From assembly GCA_965229245.1 (NCBI GenBank), contig CBDDIW010000001.1:650372-714371 (forward strand): a stretch of 64,000 nucleotides of DNA, given 5' to 3'. Below the pieces are notes generated by a model. It ran no database searches. It saw only the letters and a list, made by a program, of their open reading frames with translations, and was not told the origin of the DNA. The stretch comes from Verrucomicrobiales bacterium. Its GTDB lineage: Bacteria; Verrucomicrobiota; Verrucomicrobiia; Verrucomicrobiales; V1-33. The position numbers and the translations under genes were made by a program. Below, in pieces: positions 36,523 to 46,563 of this stretch (position 1 is the stretch's first letter; each line of letters starts with the position of its first letter).

Positions 36523-36961
36523 GACGATTCTCTTGAAAGGGGTGAGGGGGACGTGCGGCTACCCGAAGCACGGGAAATCAGCCTCTCTCCGGTCCACAAA
36601 CTGAAAAAAGCCCGTCGGATCCACCTCCAGCAAATAGGCACAAAGGGAATGGGCTGATTCCTTCAAAAGCTGGTCCGCACGGGTGGAATGCGAGTCTCCC
36701 CGTTTGGCCCTCAGTTCCTGCATGAGAGCCCACGCTTGCGCGAGCTTGTGGTTCTCAACGGAAGTAGAGTTCATGGGAATTTTATTATTAACGCAACGCT
36801 AATTCACAATACCCTGAGTGTATAGATACTTTCCCGGCGCGGGATAGTAGGTCATGACCCCATGTCCGCCCTATGCGACGGACCAGTTACCCCCCGGTTC
36901 GATGGACGCATCGCTTTTATCGATATCTCCTTTGCGCGGCCCCCGCGGAGCTTCGCGGGCC

Positions 36962-37576
36962 ATGCCAAACCTTTCCGCTTTTCCCGATTCCCCGCGTCTC
37001 TCCTCCCGTCGCGCGACCGCAACGCGGTGCCTGACGGTCTCCGTTTTCTGCGCCATGCTTTCCAGCTGCATCCTGCCTTATCCGCACACCTGGGATCGGA
37101 GCCGGGGAATTCGGGGCATGATCGTGGATGCCAAAACCGGAAAACCTCTCCAGGGGGCTAAAATTCAAGTCATGGGCAAAGGCCCTGATGATCATCCCCG
37201 GTGCATTCCGTTGAAGCCGTCCGCGATTTCCGGTCCCGATGGCCGCTTTGAGCTGAAGCGTAGCCTGCGGATGGGCTGGACGTATGAGTTTGCACCCTGT
37301 CACGGCGGGGGGCCGAGCCATGGGTATTTCTATCGCGATTATCTCGTGTCCCGGGAAGGCTACGGACAGGTCATGTTCGATACAGGCAGCAGCGTGGATG
37401 AGAGCGGGTGGAAAGGGGGCACGCACCTGCTGAACATGGACCGCATCCCTCTGCCGCCCGGGCCCTCCACCATGGTAACTGAGTACCGGAGGAGCAAAAG
37501 CCAGCTCAAAGAAAACCCGCTGAAAACGCTCCCGGCACCGTCCTCTCTTACGCGGAGTTCACCGGAGCCACAATAA
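36962..37576 (+). CDS. hypothetical lipoprotein with carboxypeptidase-regulatory-like beta-sandwich domain
   Basis: Lipobox AMLSSC. The GMIVDAKTGKPLQGAKIQVMG motif resembles the CarboxypepD_reg fold. Start at ATG 36962, internal to the listed ORF. Confidence 0.4.
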   Translation: MPNLSAFPDSPRLSSRRATATRCLTVSVFCAMLSSCILPYPHTWDRSRGIRGMIVDAKTGKPLQGAKIQVMGKGPDDHPRCIPLKPSAISGPDGRFELKRSLRMGWTYEFAPCHGGGPSHGYFYRDYLVSREGYGQVMFDTGSSVDESGWKGGTHLLNMDRIPLPPGPSTMVTEYRRSKSQLKENPLKTLPAPSSLTRSSPEPQ

Positions 37577-37645
37577 TGACGGCGGCGGGACATTCCCGGA
37601 TCTGCCGCCGGCCCGGAGCTTCAGCGTGCCAATGGCGCCCCTTTC

Positions 37646-38512
37646 TTATACACTGGTGCCGTTCCAGCCGAGCTTCTGCCGGAGCACGCCGTAGAAGGAC
37701 ACGCCGGGCAGCATGACCAGCGGCACGGTCCACGCGCCGCGGTGGAGGGTCACGGGGTGTTCCTTGTCCAGGGTCCACTGGGCTCCGCCATCGATGTTCA
37801 GAATGATATCGTCCACCGTGCCCGCGGAGGTGATCTCCATGGTGACGTCGTCATTCACCACCAGGCTGCGGTTTGACATGGCGTGCGGGCAGATGGGCGT
37901 GAGGCAGAGCACGCCGGCCTCCGGATTGATGATGGGGCCGCCCGCGGAGAGGCTGTAGGCGGTGCTCCCGGTGGGGGTGGAAATGATGAGGCCATCCCCG
38001 TTGTAACAGGTCACGAAGACCCCGTTGATGGACACATTCAGCCGCACCACGCGGGAGATGGCCCCGCGGCTGATGAGCACCTCATTCAGCCCCGTGTGCC
38101 GCACCTGGCGTCCGTCCTGTGCCGTGAAGGAGGCCTCAATGGTGCGGCGGTGGCTGATGCGGTAGCCCCTGCCCAGCACCGCGGAGACCAGCATTTCCGT
38201 CTCTTCCGAGGTGGCGGTGGTCAGGAAGCCCAGGCGTCCGGTATTCACGGCGGCCACCGGCTTCAGCGCCCCGCCGAGCTGGCGGGCGGTGTGCAGGATG
38301 GTCCCGTCCCCGCCCAGCACCACGAGCACATCACACTCCGCGGCCACTTCCTGGAGAGGCTTTCCATCCGGTTCCCCGGCGAGGGCGGCGGCGGCCTGTT
38401 CACAGACCACGCGCGCGCCTCCCCGGCGGAATTGCTCCGCCAGTTTCCGGGTCAATTCCCCGGCGTTGGGTTTGGTGGTGTTGGCGGTGAGACCGATGAC
38501 CGGGTAATCCAT
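37646..38512 (-). CDS. nadK: NAD kinase
   Basis: 288 aa from ATG 38512. GGDGT motif (VLGGDGTILHTARQ) and NGDGLIISTPTGSTAYSLSAGGPI. Confidence 0.85.
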   Translation of the reverse strand: MDYPVIGLTANTTKPNAGELTRKLAEQFRRGGARVVCEQAAAALAGEPDGKPLQEVAAECDVLVVLGGDGTILHTARQLGGALKPVAAVNTGRLGFLTTATSEETEMLVSAVLGRGYRISHRRTIEASFTAQDGRQVRHTGLNEVLISRGAISRVVRLNVSINGVFVTCYNGDGLIISTPTGSTAYSLSAGGPIINPEAGVLCLTPICPHAMSNRSLVVNDDVTMEITSAGTVDDIILNIDGGAQWTLDKEHPVTLHRGAWTVPLVMLPGVSFYGVLRQKLGWNGTSV

Positions 38513-39228
38513 GCTAGAAACTCTGTGTTGCCGTCCGTGCCCTTTATCGGTGACTCGATCAAGCCGCGCCAGTGGAATCCTGGCCGGGTCCCGACGAATC
38601 CCCGTATCTTGTCCACCGCCCGCTGGTGCAGCGCGGGATCCCGCACGATGCCCCCCGGCCCCACGTCTCCGCGGGTGAGTTCGAACTGCGGCTTGATGAG
38701 GCAAATGATGGTCCCGTGCGCCGGATGCAGCACGTCCATCACGGGAGACATCACCAGTTGCAGGGAGATGAAGGAGACATCGAACACCGCGAGATCGATC
38801 ACCTCCGGCACGTCCCCGGGCTGGAGGTGGCGCACGTTGAACTGCTCACGGCTCACCACGCGGGGGTCATCGCGCAGTTTCCACACCAGTTGATTCGTGC
38901 CCACGTCGAAGGCATACACCCGGGCCGCGCCATGCTGGAGCAGGCAGTCCGTGAAGCCTCCCGTGCTCGCGCCCACGTCCATGCAGGTGTATCCAGTGAC
39001 ATTGACTCCGAATGCCGTGAGCGCGCCCTCCAGCTTGAATCCGCCGCGGCTCACGTAGCGCGGCTTCTCCTTCACGGCCAGCACATCATCGTCACTCACA
39101 CCGGTGCCTGCCTTGGCGGCGGGCTTCCCGTTCACCAGGACCTCCCCGGCGAGGATGAGCCGTTTCGCCTGCTCCCGGGAATCACACAACCCGCGGGCCG
39201 CCAGCGCGGCATCCAGACGCTGCTTCAT
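38452..39228 (-). CDS. tlyA: TlyA-family rRNA 2'-O-methyltransferase (hemolysin A-like)
   Basis: 258 aa. N-terminal S4-like domain, then a FtsJ-like SAM-binding motif MDVGASTGGFTDCLL. The tlyA-nadK adjacency is common. Confidence 0.85.
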   Translation of the reverse strand: MKQRLDAALAARGLCDSREQAKRLILAGEVLVNGKPAAKAGTGVSDDDVLAVKEKPRYVSRGGFKLEGALTAFGVNVTGYTCMDVGASTGGFTDCLLQHGAARVYAFDVGTNQLVWKLRDDPRVVSREQFNVRHLQPGDVPEVIDLAVFDVSFISLQLVMSPVMDVLHPAHGTIICLIKPQFELTRGDVGPGGIVRDPALHQRAVDKIRGFVGTRPGFHWRGLIESPIKGTDGNTEFLAWITRSSVSPPTPPNPTPGN

Positions 39229-40439
39229 GCGGGGGATTCGCAGTCGTTGATGGCATTGATGAACTGCCGGTAGCGCCCGTAGTTCCCCTTCCGGGGCACG
39301 AAGACGAGGCGCGGCAGATGCGCGATGCCGGGCTCGTCCTTCTCCTCCGGCAGCGCGGCGTCCTCCTGGGTCATGATGCCGTTCTTCACGAGGTCCGCGA
39401 AGGCGGTGTTCAGATCCGCCAGCTGGTTTTGGGTGAGGGGGTGTTGCAGGCGGAAGACGATGAGGTCCTTCACAAAGCGGTAGGAGTGGAAAATGTGATA
39501 GAAGTGCTTCACCTCGCGCACGGCCTCCTCCACGTCATCCGTGATCTTGAAGAGCGAGAAATCATCCTCACTGATGAGCCTCCGCTCCAGCAGATGGCCG
39601 CGCAGGAATTGCTCGAAGGTTTTCCAGTAGGTGCCACCGGGAGCGTCCACCATGACGATGGGCAGGATGGCGGACTTCCCCGTCTGGATGAGCGTGAGCA
39701 CTTCAAAGCCCTCGTCCATGGTGCCAAAGCCGCCGGGGAAAAGGGCCAGCGCCTCGGACTCTTTCACGAAGGACAGCTTCCGGGTGAAGAAGTAGTTGAA
39801 GGACACCAGCTTTGAGTCCCCGCCGATGGTCTCGTTGGCACTTTGTTCGAAGGGGAGCTTGATATTGAGGCCAAAGCTGTTGTCCCGCCCGGCGCCTTTT
39901 TGCGCCGCGCCCATGATGCCGTCCCCGGCACCGGTGATGACCATAAAATTCTCCTCCACCATGCGGCGGGCGAAGGTGGCGGCGGCCTGGGCCTCCGGGA
40001 GATCCTGCGGCGTGCGCGCGGAGCCGTAGATGGCGATCTTCCGGCGGTCGTCATACGGGCGGAAGACCCGCCAGGCATTGCGCAGCTCCTTGCAGGCGCG
40101 GTTCAGGAGCTTCAGCTCCGCCACCGTCACATCATGCCGCGCGAGGCGGAGATTTCCGATGATGAGCTCCTCGATGAGTTCCGCGTTCGCCTTGCCTTTC
40201 CAGTCCTTCACCAGTTCCACGACCCGGCGGTCAAATTCGGGATCGCCCGTGGTGGTGCGCCGCCCGCTGAGGGCGTGGATGCCTCCGGCGGTGAAGTCCT
40301 TGCCGGGGTTTTCGGGGGGGGTGTCGTTCATAGGGGGGTAAACCGGGGCCATGGTGGCATCCGCCGGTCCGTGCAATGATTTCCCCGCGTGGCGGCGGAT
40401 ACAAGGGCAGGGAAAGCCCCGGGGAGGTGTCATTTCCAC
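39225..40439 (-). CDS. LOG-family protein (TIGR00730-like Rossmann fold), PpnN-like long form
   Basis: About 404 aa. PGGFGTMDE motif and GAGDGIMGAAQKGA. N- and C-terminal extensions resemble the nucleotide 5'-monophosphate nucleosidase architecture. The exact start is uncertain (ATG at 40439, 40355 or 40334). Confidence 0.7.
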   Translation of the reverse strand: MEMTPPRGFPCPCIRRHAGKSLHGPADATMAPVYPPMNDTPPENPGKDFTAGGIHALSGRRTTTGDPEFDRRVVELVKDWKGKANAELIEELIIGNLRLARHDVTVAELKLLNRACKELRNAWRVFRPYDDRRKIAIYGSARTPQDLPEAQAAATFARRMVEENFMVITGAGDGIMGAAQKGAGRDNSFGLNIKLPFEQSANETIGGDSKLVSFNYFFTRKLSFVKESEALALFPGGFGTMDEGFEVLTLIQTGKSAILPIVMVDAPGGTYWKTFEQFLRGHLLERRLISEDDFSLFKITDDVEEAVREVKHFYHIFHSYRFVKDLIVFRLQHPLTQNQLADLNTAFADLVKNGIMTQEDAALPEEKDEPGIAHLPRLVFVPRKGNYGRYRQFINAINDCESPA

Positions 40440-40474
40440 TTTCCCCCCGCCCGGGGTATGATAACGAAAGATTC

Positions 40475-40933
40475 ATGCATATCTCCCGCAAAGCCGAGTA
40501 TGCCCTGCGCGCCCTCACCGCCATGGCCCGCAAGCCCGCCACCGCCACCTCCCAGATCGAGGAACTGGCGGCGGCGGAGCATATCCCCGTAAAGTTTCTG
40601 GAGCAGATCCTCCTGACCCTGCGCCGTGCCGGGATCCTCCGGAGCCGCCGGGGCGTGGGCGGCGGCTATCAACTGGACCAGCCCGCCTCCCGGATCACGT
40701 TTGCCGAGATTCTCACCGCCATCGACGGCCCGGTGCAACCCATGAGCTGCACGCCCGCGGAGCCCGGCAAGACGCCCCGGCCCGTGTGCGACTGTGGCAC
40801 TCCCGGCGGCTGCGGCGCGGGGCGGCTGTTCACGGATCTGCAAAATCAGATTCACGCCTTCCTCTCCTCTCAAACGCTGGCGGACGCCATCGCCCGGGAA
40901 ACACCCGCCCCGGCGATGCAGTTCGATATTTGA
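40475..40933 (+). CDS. Rrf2-family transcriptional regulator (IscR/NsrR-like)
   Basis: 152 aa from ATG 40475. MHISRKAEYALRALTAMAR helix-turn-helix and C-terminal cysteines (CTPAEPG...CDCGTPGGC) consistent with Fe-S ligation. Confidence 0.8.
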   Translation: MHISRKAEYALRALTAMARKPATATSQIEELAAAEHIPVKFLEQILLTLRRAGILRSRRGVGGGYQLDQPASRITFAEILTAIDGPVQPMSCTPAEPGKTPRPVCDCGTPGGCGAGRLFTDLQNQIHAFLSSQTLADAIARETPAPAMQFDI

Positions 40934-40967
40934 GGCCTCCGCCTCCCGTCGGGGACCGGTCGATCTC

Positions 40968-42083
40968 TCAGGATTCCGGAACCTCGCGGAGCTTGCTCCC
41001 TCCGGCCAGCACCGGCAGGATTTTTTTGTTCCACCACGCCATGAGAGGCACCTCCACCCACTTCCAGAACGCCAGGGAACCCGCCAGAGACACCACTCCC
41101 ATAAGCGCGATCACCGGGAAGAACCAGACATCGAGATTGAGGCCCAGCCGCTTCACCACGGGCACAAAGGCCATCATGATGGAGGTGTGCACGAGGTAGA
41201 TGGAGTAGGAGGCATCCCCCAGCACACGGAGACCGGCCGGCCAGCGGAGGCCTTTTCTCATCTCCATGCTGGTGGCGGAGAGAATGATCATGGCACTCGC
41301 GAGGCCCCAGAGAACATTGCTGAGAAAATTGATCGCGGCCGCTTCCGGAGAGATCCACGTCGATATTTCCGGAAACCAGATGAGGGCGGCCATGAGCGCA
41401 ATCCCCGGCACCCAGAGCCATCCCATACGGGGCATCCACTTTGAGCTGGCGATGATCCGGGCGGAAAGCCCCCCCATCAGGAACAGGAGGCAATAGGGAT
41501 CGAGGACGGTGCCCGTCAGGGTGCCACGCTCCGGGGAATATCCCATGAGATGGCTTCCGAAGATGAGCGCCACCCACCCCCCCGCGGCAGCGATGGCTGC
41601 CTTGCGTCCGATGACCAGAGCGAGAGCGAACAGGATATAAAAGAGGATTTCAAAAGACAGGGTCCACAGGACATCGATGAGATATACGGGTGTCGGCAGC
41701 AGCAGAAAAGACGAGACCACCATGCGGGGATTGACATCCTTGTTAACCGCGCTGCCCGCCACGAGGATCAGAAGCAGCTTGATCCCGACGACGATGAACA
41801 CCGGAGGATAAATACGGGAGAGCCGTCTTGAAAGATAGGGCCTTACATTCGAAGGATCCCCCATGTGCTTCCAGTGCACATAGGTGATGATGAACCCGCT
41901 CAGAACGAAAAAGAAACTGACAGCGTGCATCCCCCCGGCCATCAAAGGAGAATTGATTTCCCGCCCCATTTTTAAAGCGGAAATGACCCCCAGGTGGCTG
42001 TAGAGCACCCAGAGCGCGGCCAGACCCCGGAAAACCTGGAGAGAAAGGAGGCGGGGGCTGGAGGAGGACTGCGGCTGGGACAT
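40968..42083 (-). CDS. acyltransferase family 3 integral membrane protein
   Basis: About 371 aa, multiple TM helices. N-terminal LSLQVFRGLAALWVLYSHLG is characteristic of Acyl_transf_3. Start chosen at ATG 42083. Confidence 0.7.
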   Translation of the reverse strand: MSQPQSSSSPRLLSLQVFRGLAALWVLYSHLGVISALKMGREINSPLMAGGMHAVSFFFVLSGFIITYVHWKHMGDPSNVRPYLSRRLSRIYPPVFIVVGIKLLLILVAGSAVNKDVNPRMVVSSFLLLPTPVYLIDVLWTLSFEILFYILFALALVIGRKAAIAAAGGWVALIFGSHLMGYSPERGTLTGTVLDPYCLLFLMGGLSARIIASSKWMPRMGWLWVPGIALMAALIWFPEISTWISPEAAAINFLSNVLWGLASAMIILSATSMEMRKGLRWPAGLRVLGDASYSIYLVHTSIMMAFVPVVKRLGLNLDVWFFPVIALMGVVSLAGSLAFWKWVEVPLMAWWNKKILPVLAGGSKLREVPES

Positions 42084-42189
42084 CGGAGGATGTTCTTGCC
42101 GGATTGTGGAGTCCGGGCAATGAGGATTTACCAATTATGTCCGGCCTTTCCCGGGCTCACCCAATGGTGGAAAAAAGCAGGAGGGGGGA

Positions 42190-42918
42190 TCAGGCCTCCG
42201 TGGCCTCCCGTTCCGGCTCCGGTTTCCGGCGGCGCTTTACGATGGAACGGGCACCCCCGACAAGCAGCGGGCATGGATCCAGACAAAGCAGCGGGATCGG
42301 GCCGCCGGCGGCGGGGGTGCCGGGGGGCAGCGTTTGTTTTTCCGCGGAGAGGGTGTCCCAGCCCTGGGTGGCATCCAGCGGCCAGAGCACGTGGCGGAGG
42401 CATTTTTCCCCGCAGACCTCCGCCACCAGTTGCCCGGCCTCGTCATCGCGGATAAGGCTGGTGACGCGATAGATCCCCGTCTGGCGGCCCAGGGTTTCCC
42501 GCAGCGGCGGGGCCTTGGCTTCACCCGCGAGGGCGCGCACCCAGTTTGCCAGGGCTGCGGGGTAGAGGAAATCCAGGGCCAGGCGGAGATCCGCCAGCGT
42601 CTCCACGGCGAGCTCCCAGCCGCGTGCCAGCGTGGGGGCGGTCTTCAGCGGGCGGAAGGTTCCGGCGGCATCATGCTTCGCCACCTCGCGGGCAGCCTCC
42701 GGATGGGTGTGGCGGGTCAGGGTACCCGCGTCCGCCCCGGCATCTGCGGCGTGCCGCAGGAGATAGCCGCCCCCGGATTCCCGGCGGACAGTCACTTCCC
42801 CGATGCCCGTGCCCCCGGCATCCAGCCAGGCGGCGAGCGCGGATAACAGCGGGCGGGAGGAATGGTCGGTCGCGGGAGGCATGGGAGAGACAGGGCTGTC
42901 AGGCGATACGCGCGGCAT
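42190..42918 (-). CDS. hypothetical protein, possibly a DR2241-like domain partner of CbiX
   Basis: 242 aa downstream of, and overlapping, cbiX. Cysteines (CGEKC, CLDPC). The assignment is tentative and based on gene context. Confidence 0.4.
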   Translation of the reverse strand: MPRVSPDSPVSPMPPATDHSSRPLLSALAAWLDAGGTGIGEVTVRRESGGGYLLRHAADAGADAGTLTRHTHPEAAREVAKHDAAGTFRPLKTAPTLARGWELAVETLADLRLALDFLYPAALANWVRALAGEAKAPPLRETLGRQTGIYRVTSLIRDDEAGQLVAEVCGEKCLRHVLWPLDATQGWDTLSAEKQTLPPGTPAAGGPIPLLCLDPCPLLVGGARSIVKRRRKPEPEREATEA

Positions 42919-43708
42919 CGAAGGCGTCCACCTGGTCGAGAATCACGTCCGCCATTTCCGGCTCGGTGCCGATGGCGCTGCAATAGTAGAGCCGCCGTCC
43001 CTGGAGGTGGTGGGGATTCCGCCGGAAGACCTCCAACTGGCTGGCGGCGGCGGTGGGCTCGGACTCGATGCCCAGCAGCACGGGGATGTCCTGGAAGGAA
43101 TGCAGGCCGTCCGCGATGAAAAAGGGCACCACGATGACATTTGGCGCGGTGGTCAGGCGGGCCCAGTCCGCCACCATGGGCGGCTCCTCCATATAGGCGT
43201 CCACCACCTCCGCGAAACCCGCCTCCATGCTCCGGATGAGTTCCACCTGGTCCTTGATGGCCTTCGTGGAGTTCTCGTTCAAGCCGGTGCCGTGGCCCAC
43301 GATGATGAGGCTGCACTCCCGGCGGGGCACGTCCGGGGCCACCTCATCCGCGCGCTTCAGCAGCAGCCGCGTCATGGACGGGTGGATGCCCACGGGATCA
43401 CAGTAATGAGCTGTCAGGCGCGGGAAGACCGTGGTTTTCCCCGTAAGCCCCAGCTCCCGCGGGATGACCTCCTGGGTGAAGTAGCCCTCACTGATGAAAT
43501 TCGGCACGATGTAAACCTCCGGGCTGTCCACCATGCGCAGCACCTCCCGCAGGGACGGCTCCTCCTTCCAGAACGCGCACACCACCTCCGCGAACAGGCC
43601 CCGGCGGCGGATGGTGTCCGCGTGCGCGTGGGTGGGCTGGGAGGAATCAGGATTGAGCGTGGAGCCGTGTCCGGCAAGGACGAGGGCGCTGTCGGGTTTG
43701 GGAGTCAT
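42899..43708 (-). CDS. cbiX: sirohydrochlorin cobaltochelatase CbiX (two-domain form)
   Basis: 269 aa. Duplicated CbiX modules with LVLAGHGS and LIIVGHGT motifs. Confidence 0.8.
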   Translation of the reverse strand: MTPKPDSALVLAGHGSTLNPDSSQPTHAHADTIRRRGLFAEVVCAFWKEEPSLREVLRMVDSPEVYIVPNFISEGYFTQEVIPRELGLTGKTTVFPRLTAHYCDPVGIHPSMTRLLLKRADEVAPDVPRRECSLIIVGHGTGLNENSTKAIKDQVELIRSMEAGFAEVVDAYMEEPPMVADWARLTTAPNVIVVPFFIADGLHSFQDIPVLLGIESEPTAAASQLEVFRRNPHHLQGRRLYYCSAIGTEPEMADVILDQVDAFDAARIA

Positions 43709-43976
43709 GGGAGAGGGGACGGGCTCTTACTGCACCGGAAACAGCGGGGAGACCAGCGAAACCACGCGGATTCTCCCGTCCCCGGGATAAAATGAAAAAA
43801 CTCCAGGGAGGGACTAAACCCTCAATTAAAAACCATCCCCGCAAGCGGGTTTCTTACGGTCAACTTAAGTGTTGCGCTTTTTTTCCGCACGGGTAGCCTC
43901 GCGCCCCAAAGCCCCCTGAATCCCGAGGGTCAATCGCTTACATAGGTGAAGCTTTCATAAAAATAACACTTTCCAG

Positions 43977-46427
43977 ATGAATCATCGCGTTGCGTGCCTT
44001 TCCGTCGTCAGCCCTGTTCGCGGGCCCGGTCTTACTCTCAACCTTTGTTCGCTGGTCCTGGCCCTCAGCATGGGCGGCGCTGCCCAGGCGCAGGAGATGC
44101 CGGACCTCACGCCTCCGGACACCGGCTCCATCCTGCCGGATGTCCGCCCCGCCGGGTCCCTGAGTGTGAAGGAGATCGATGTGCGCTTCAGCAGCGGCAA
44201 CACGGTGGACCGGGCGCGGATCCTTTCCCTCATGCGCCTGAAGGTGGGGGAAACGTGGACCCAGGACAAAGAGGACGAAGACCTGCGCGCACTCTATAAG
44301 TCCGGGAATTTCATCAATCTCTCCATCTCCAAGGTGCAGGTGGCCGGAGGGCTGAAACTGACCGTGACCGCGGAGGCCCGCCCCGCCATGGGCGACCTCG
44401 TTTTCCAGGGGAATACCGCGTTTCACACGGACCGCCTGAAGGACACCGTGGAATTCAAGTCCGGCGGCGTGGTGGATGACACCAAGCTGAGCGAGGCGAA
44501 ACAGAAGATTCTCGAACTCTATAAGAAAAAAGGCTATCCGGATGCCGTGGTGACCTACGCGGTGGAGCCCGGGCCCCAGGCGGGATTCTCCCGTATCGTC
44601 TTCCGCATTGATGAAGGCGGACGGGGCGTGATCGATAAAGTGCGTTTCGAAGGCAACACCGTCTTCTCCGACTTCAACCTCAAGGGCGTGATCGAGAGCG
44701 ACAACCGCAACTGGCTGAAGGTGTGGGACCTGAAGCGGAAGCTGGACCGCGAAAAGCTGGAGAAGGATCTCGCCGCCATTCACGACCACTACGGCAACTA
44801 CGGCTACTTTGACGCCCGGGCCACGGCGGACACCGTGCCCACCGGGGACAAGATCACCCTCGTCTTCCACGTGGAGGAGGGACCGCGTTACACCACCGCC
44901 CAGGTGAATGTGACGGGGAACAAGCTGTATGAAACCTCCGTGCTGCTCCCCGTCTTCCAGTTGGAAGCCGGGAAAGTCTTCTCCCTGGAGGGGATGAAGA
45001 TGGACATGGAGACCATCTCCGAATACTATGGTGCCCGCGGCTACGCGGACGCCCGCGTGACGCCTAAGATCAGCAAAAGCGGCACGGATCTGCACGTCAC
45101 CTACGCCATCGAAGAAGGCGAAAAATTCAAGGTGGGCCGGATCAACATCAAGGGGAACAACGACACCCGGGACGCCGTGATCCGCCGGGAACTGACCATC
45201 GCCCCCGAGGACGAATACAACACCATCAAGATCCGGAAGAGCATCGCGAAGGTGAAAAACCTGGACTACTTCGCGGACAACACCGGCGTGGACTTCATGG
45301 CCGTGACCTCCGCCCAGGGGCCGGAATACAAGGATCTGGACATCACGGTGAACGAGAAGAAGACGGGCTCCCTGCAGTTCGGCGCCGGTTTCAGCTCCAT
45401 CGACAGCATCGTGGGGATGGTGGAACTGACGCAGCGGAATTTCGACGTAACCAACTGGCCCACCTTCACGGGCGGCGGCCAGCGCTTCCGCATGAGCGCG
45501 CGCATCGGTTCGGAGAGAAAGGACTTCCTCCTCAGCCTCACCGAGCCCTACTTCATGGAAAAACGCCTTTCCGTGGGCGGCGATCTTTTCTGGACGGAGA
45601 AGACGTATCTTTCGGATGTGTTCGATCAGCGGGACGCCGGCTTCACCCTGAACGTTCGCACGCCGCTGGGGGACAGTTCAGACCTGCGCCTGGGCTACAC
45701 CGTTCAGAACGTCGATATCTACAATATCGATATGGACGGCACTGGCGTGGACTCGAAGACCAGCCAGGCCATCCGGGATGAAAAGGGCAAATACCTGCAA
45801 AGCCGCCTGAGCGCCTCCGTGGTGTTTGATAACCGCAACAGCTTCCAGGCCCCCACCAAGGGGCACAAGATCAGCCTGGAAACCACCTTCAGCGGCAGCT
45901 TCCTCGGCGGGGACGTGGATACCTACTCCGCCGCCCTTTCCGGACAGAAGTACTGGAAACTCCCTTACAAGTCCGTTTTCTCTCTGGAGGGCCGCGTGGC
46001 CGTGGTGGACAGCGTGGATGGTGGCCGGGTGCCGATCTTCGAACGCCAGTTCCTGGGCGGCGCGAACAACCTGCGCGGCTTTGAATACCGCAAGGTGGGT
46101 CATCGCATCAGCACGACGGACGATGGCGGTACGCTGGACCGCTACGGTGAGCCGCTGGGTGGTAATACCTCCGCGTATCTCACGGCGGAACTCACCGTGC
46201 CCGTCATCCGGAAGTTCCGCGCCGCCGTCTTCGTGGACGCCGGTTTTGTGAACAAGGATTCCTGGGACTTCGACACGAAGGACTTCAACGCGGACGCCGG
46301 TCTGGGCGTGCGCTTTACCCTCCCCGTCCTCGGCCCCATCAAGCTGGACTACGGTATCCCCTTCGTGGCGGACGACGCGAACGACAACAGCGGGCGCTTC
46401 AACTTCAGCGTGGACTACAAATTCTGA
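43977..46427 (+). CDS. bamA: outer membrane protein assembly factor BamA (Omp85 family)
   Basis: 816 aa. Signal peptide, five POTRA-like repeats, C-terminal 16-strand beta-barrel region ending in aromatic residue (FNFSVDYKF). Confidence 0.9.
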   Translation: MNHRVACLSVVSPVRGPGLTLNLCSLVLALSMGGAAQAQEMPDLTPPDTGSILPDVRPAGSLSVKEIDVRFSSGNTVDRARILSLMRLKVGETWTQDKEDEDLRALYKSGNFINLSISKVQVAGGLKLTVTAEARPAMGDLVFQGNTAFHTDRLKDTVEFKSGGVVDDTKLSEAKQKILELYKKKGYPDAVVTYAVEPGPQAGFSRIVFRIDEGGRGVIDKVRFEGNTVFSDFNLKGVIESDNRNWLKVWDLKRKLDREKLEKDLAAIHDHYGNYGYFDARATADTVPTGDKITLVFHVEEGPRYTTAQVNVTGNKLYETSVLLPVFQLEAGKVFSLEGMKMDMETISEYYGARGYADARVTPKISKSGTDLHVTYAIEEGEKFKVGRINIKGNNDTRDAVIRRELTIAPEDEYNTIKIRKSIAKVKNLDYFADNTGVDFMAVTSAQGPEYKDLDITVNEKKTGSLQFGAGFSSIDSIVGMVELTQRNFDVTNWPTFTGGGQRFRMSARIGSERKDFLLSLTEPYFMEKRLSVGGDLFWTEKTYLSDVFDQRDAGFTLNVRTPLGDSSDLRLGYTVQNVDIYNIDMDGTGVDSKTSQAIRDEKGKYLQSRLSASVVFDNRNSFQAPTKGHKISLETTFSGSFLGGDVDTYSAALSGQKYWKLPYKSVFSLEGRVAVVDSVDGGRVPIFERQFLGGANNLRGFEYRKVGHRISTTDDGGTLDRYGEPLGGNTSAYLTAELTVPVIRKFRAAVFVDAGFVNKDSWDFDTKDFNADAGLGVRFTLPVLGPIKLDYGIPFVADDANDNSGRFNFSVDYKF

Positions 46428-46469
46428 TCCCCCGTCCCTCCGGGCGGGAATCTGTTAGCTCAAATCGAC

Positions 46470-46499
46470 GGGCATCCGGTGTTTCATACCCGGATGCCC
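46470..46499 (+). terminator. putative intrinsic terminator hairpin downstream of bamA
   Basis: GGGCATCCGG-tgtttcata-CCGGATGCCC, 42 bp after the bamA stop. No clear U-tract. Confidence 0.4.
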
Positions 46500-46530
46500 G
46501 TCCTGTTAGGCAGCCAGTGCCCTCCGGCAG

Positions 46531-46553
46531 GGCGGCGACCTTCCCGTCGCCGT
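46531..46553. repeat. degenerate REP-like copy
   Basis: gcggcgaccttcccgtcgccgt versus the family consensus gcggcgacattcctgtcgccgt (2 mismatches). Retains the GGCGAC...GTCGCC palindrome. Confidence 0.4.
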
Positions 46554-46563
46554 TTCCCGGGCA

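Noticed and set aside
36559-36774. 71-aa minus-strand ORF in the 36.5-36.9 kb divergent intergenic region
   Set aside because: No recognisable motif, and it sits in an AT-rich promoter region. It may be a real small protein but cannot be supported from sequence alone.
43709-43976. Possible cobalamin riboswitch upstream of cbiX
   Set aside because: Only loose resemblance (GGAA, AGACCAGCG). No convincing B12-box on the cbiX-coding strand was found by eye. Retained only as a low-confidence note inside a finding that needs an Rfam scan.
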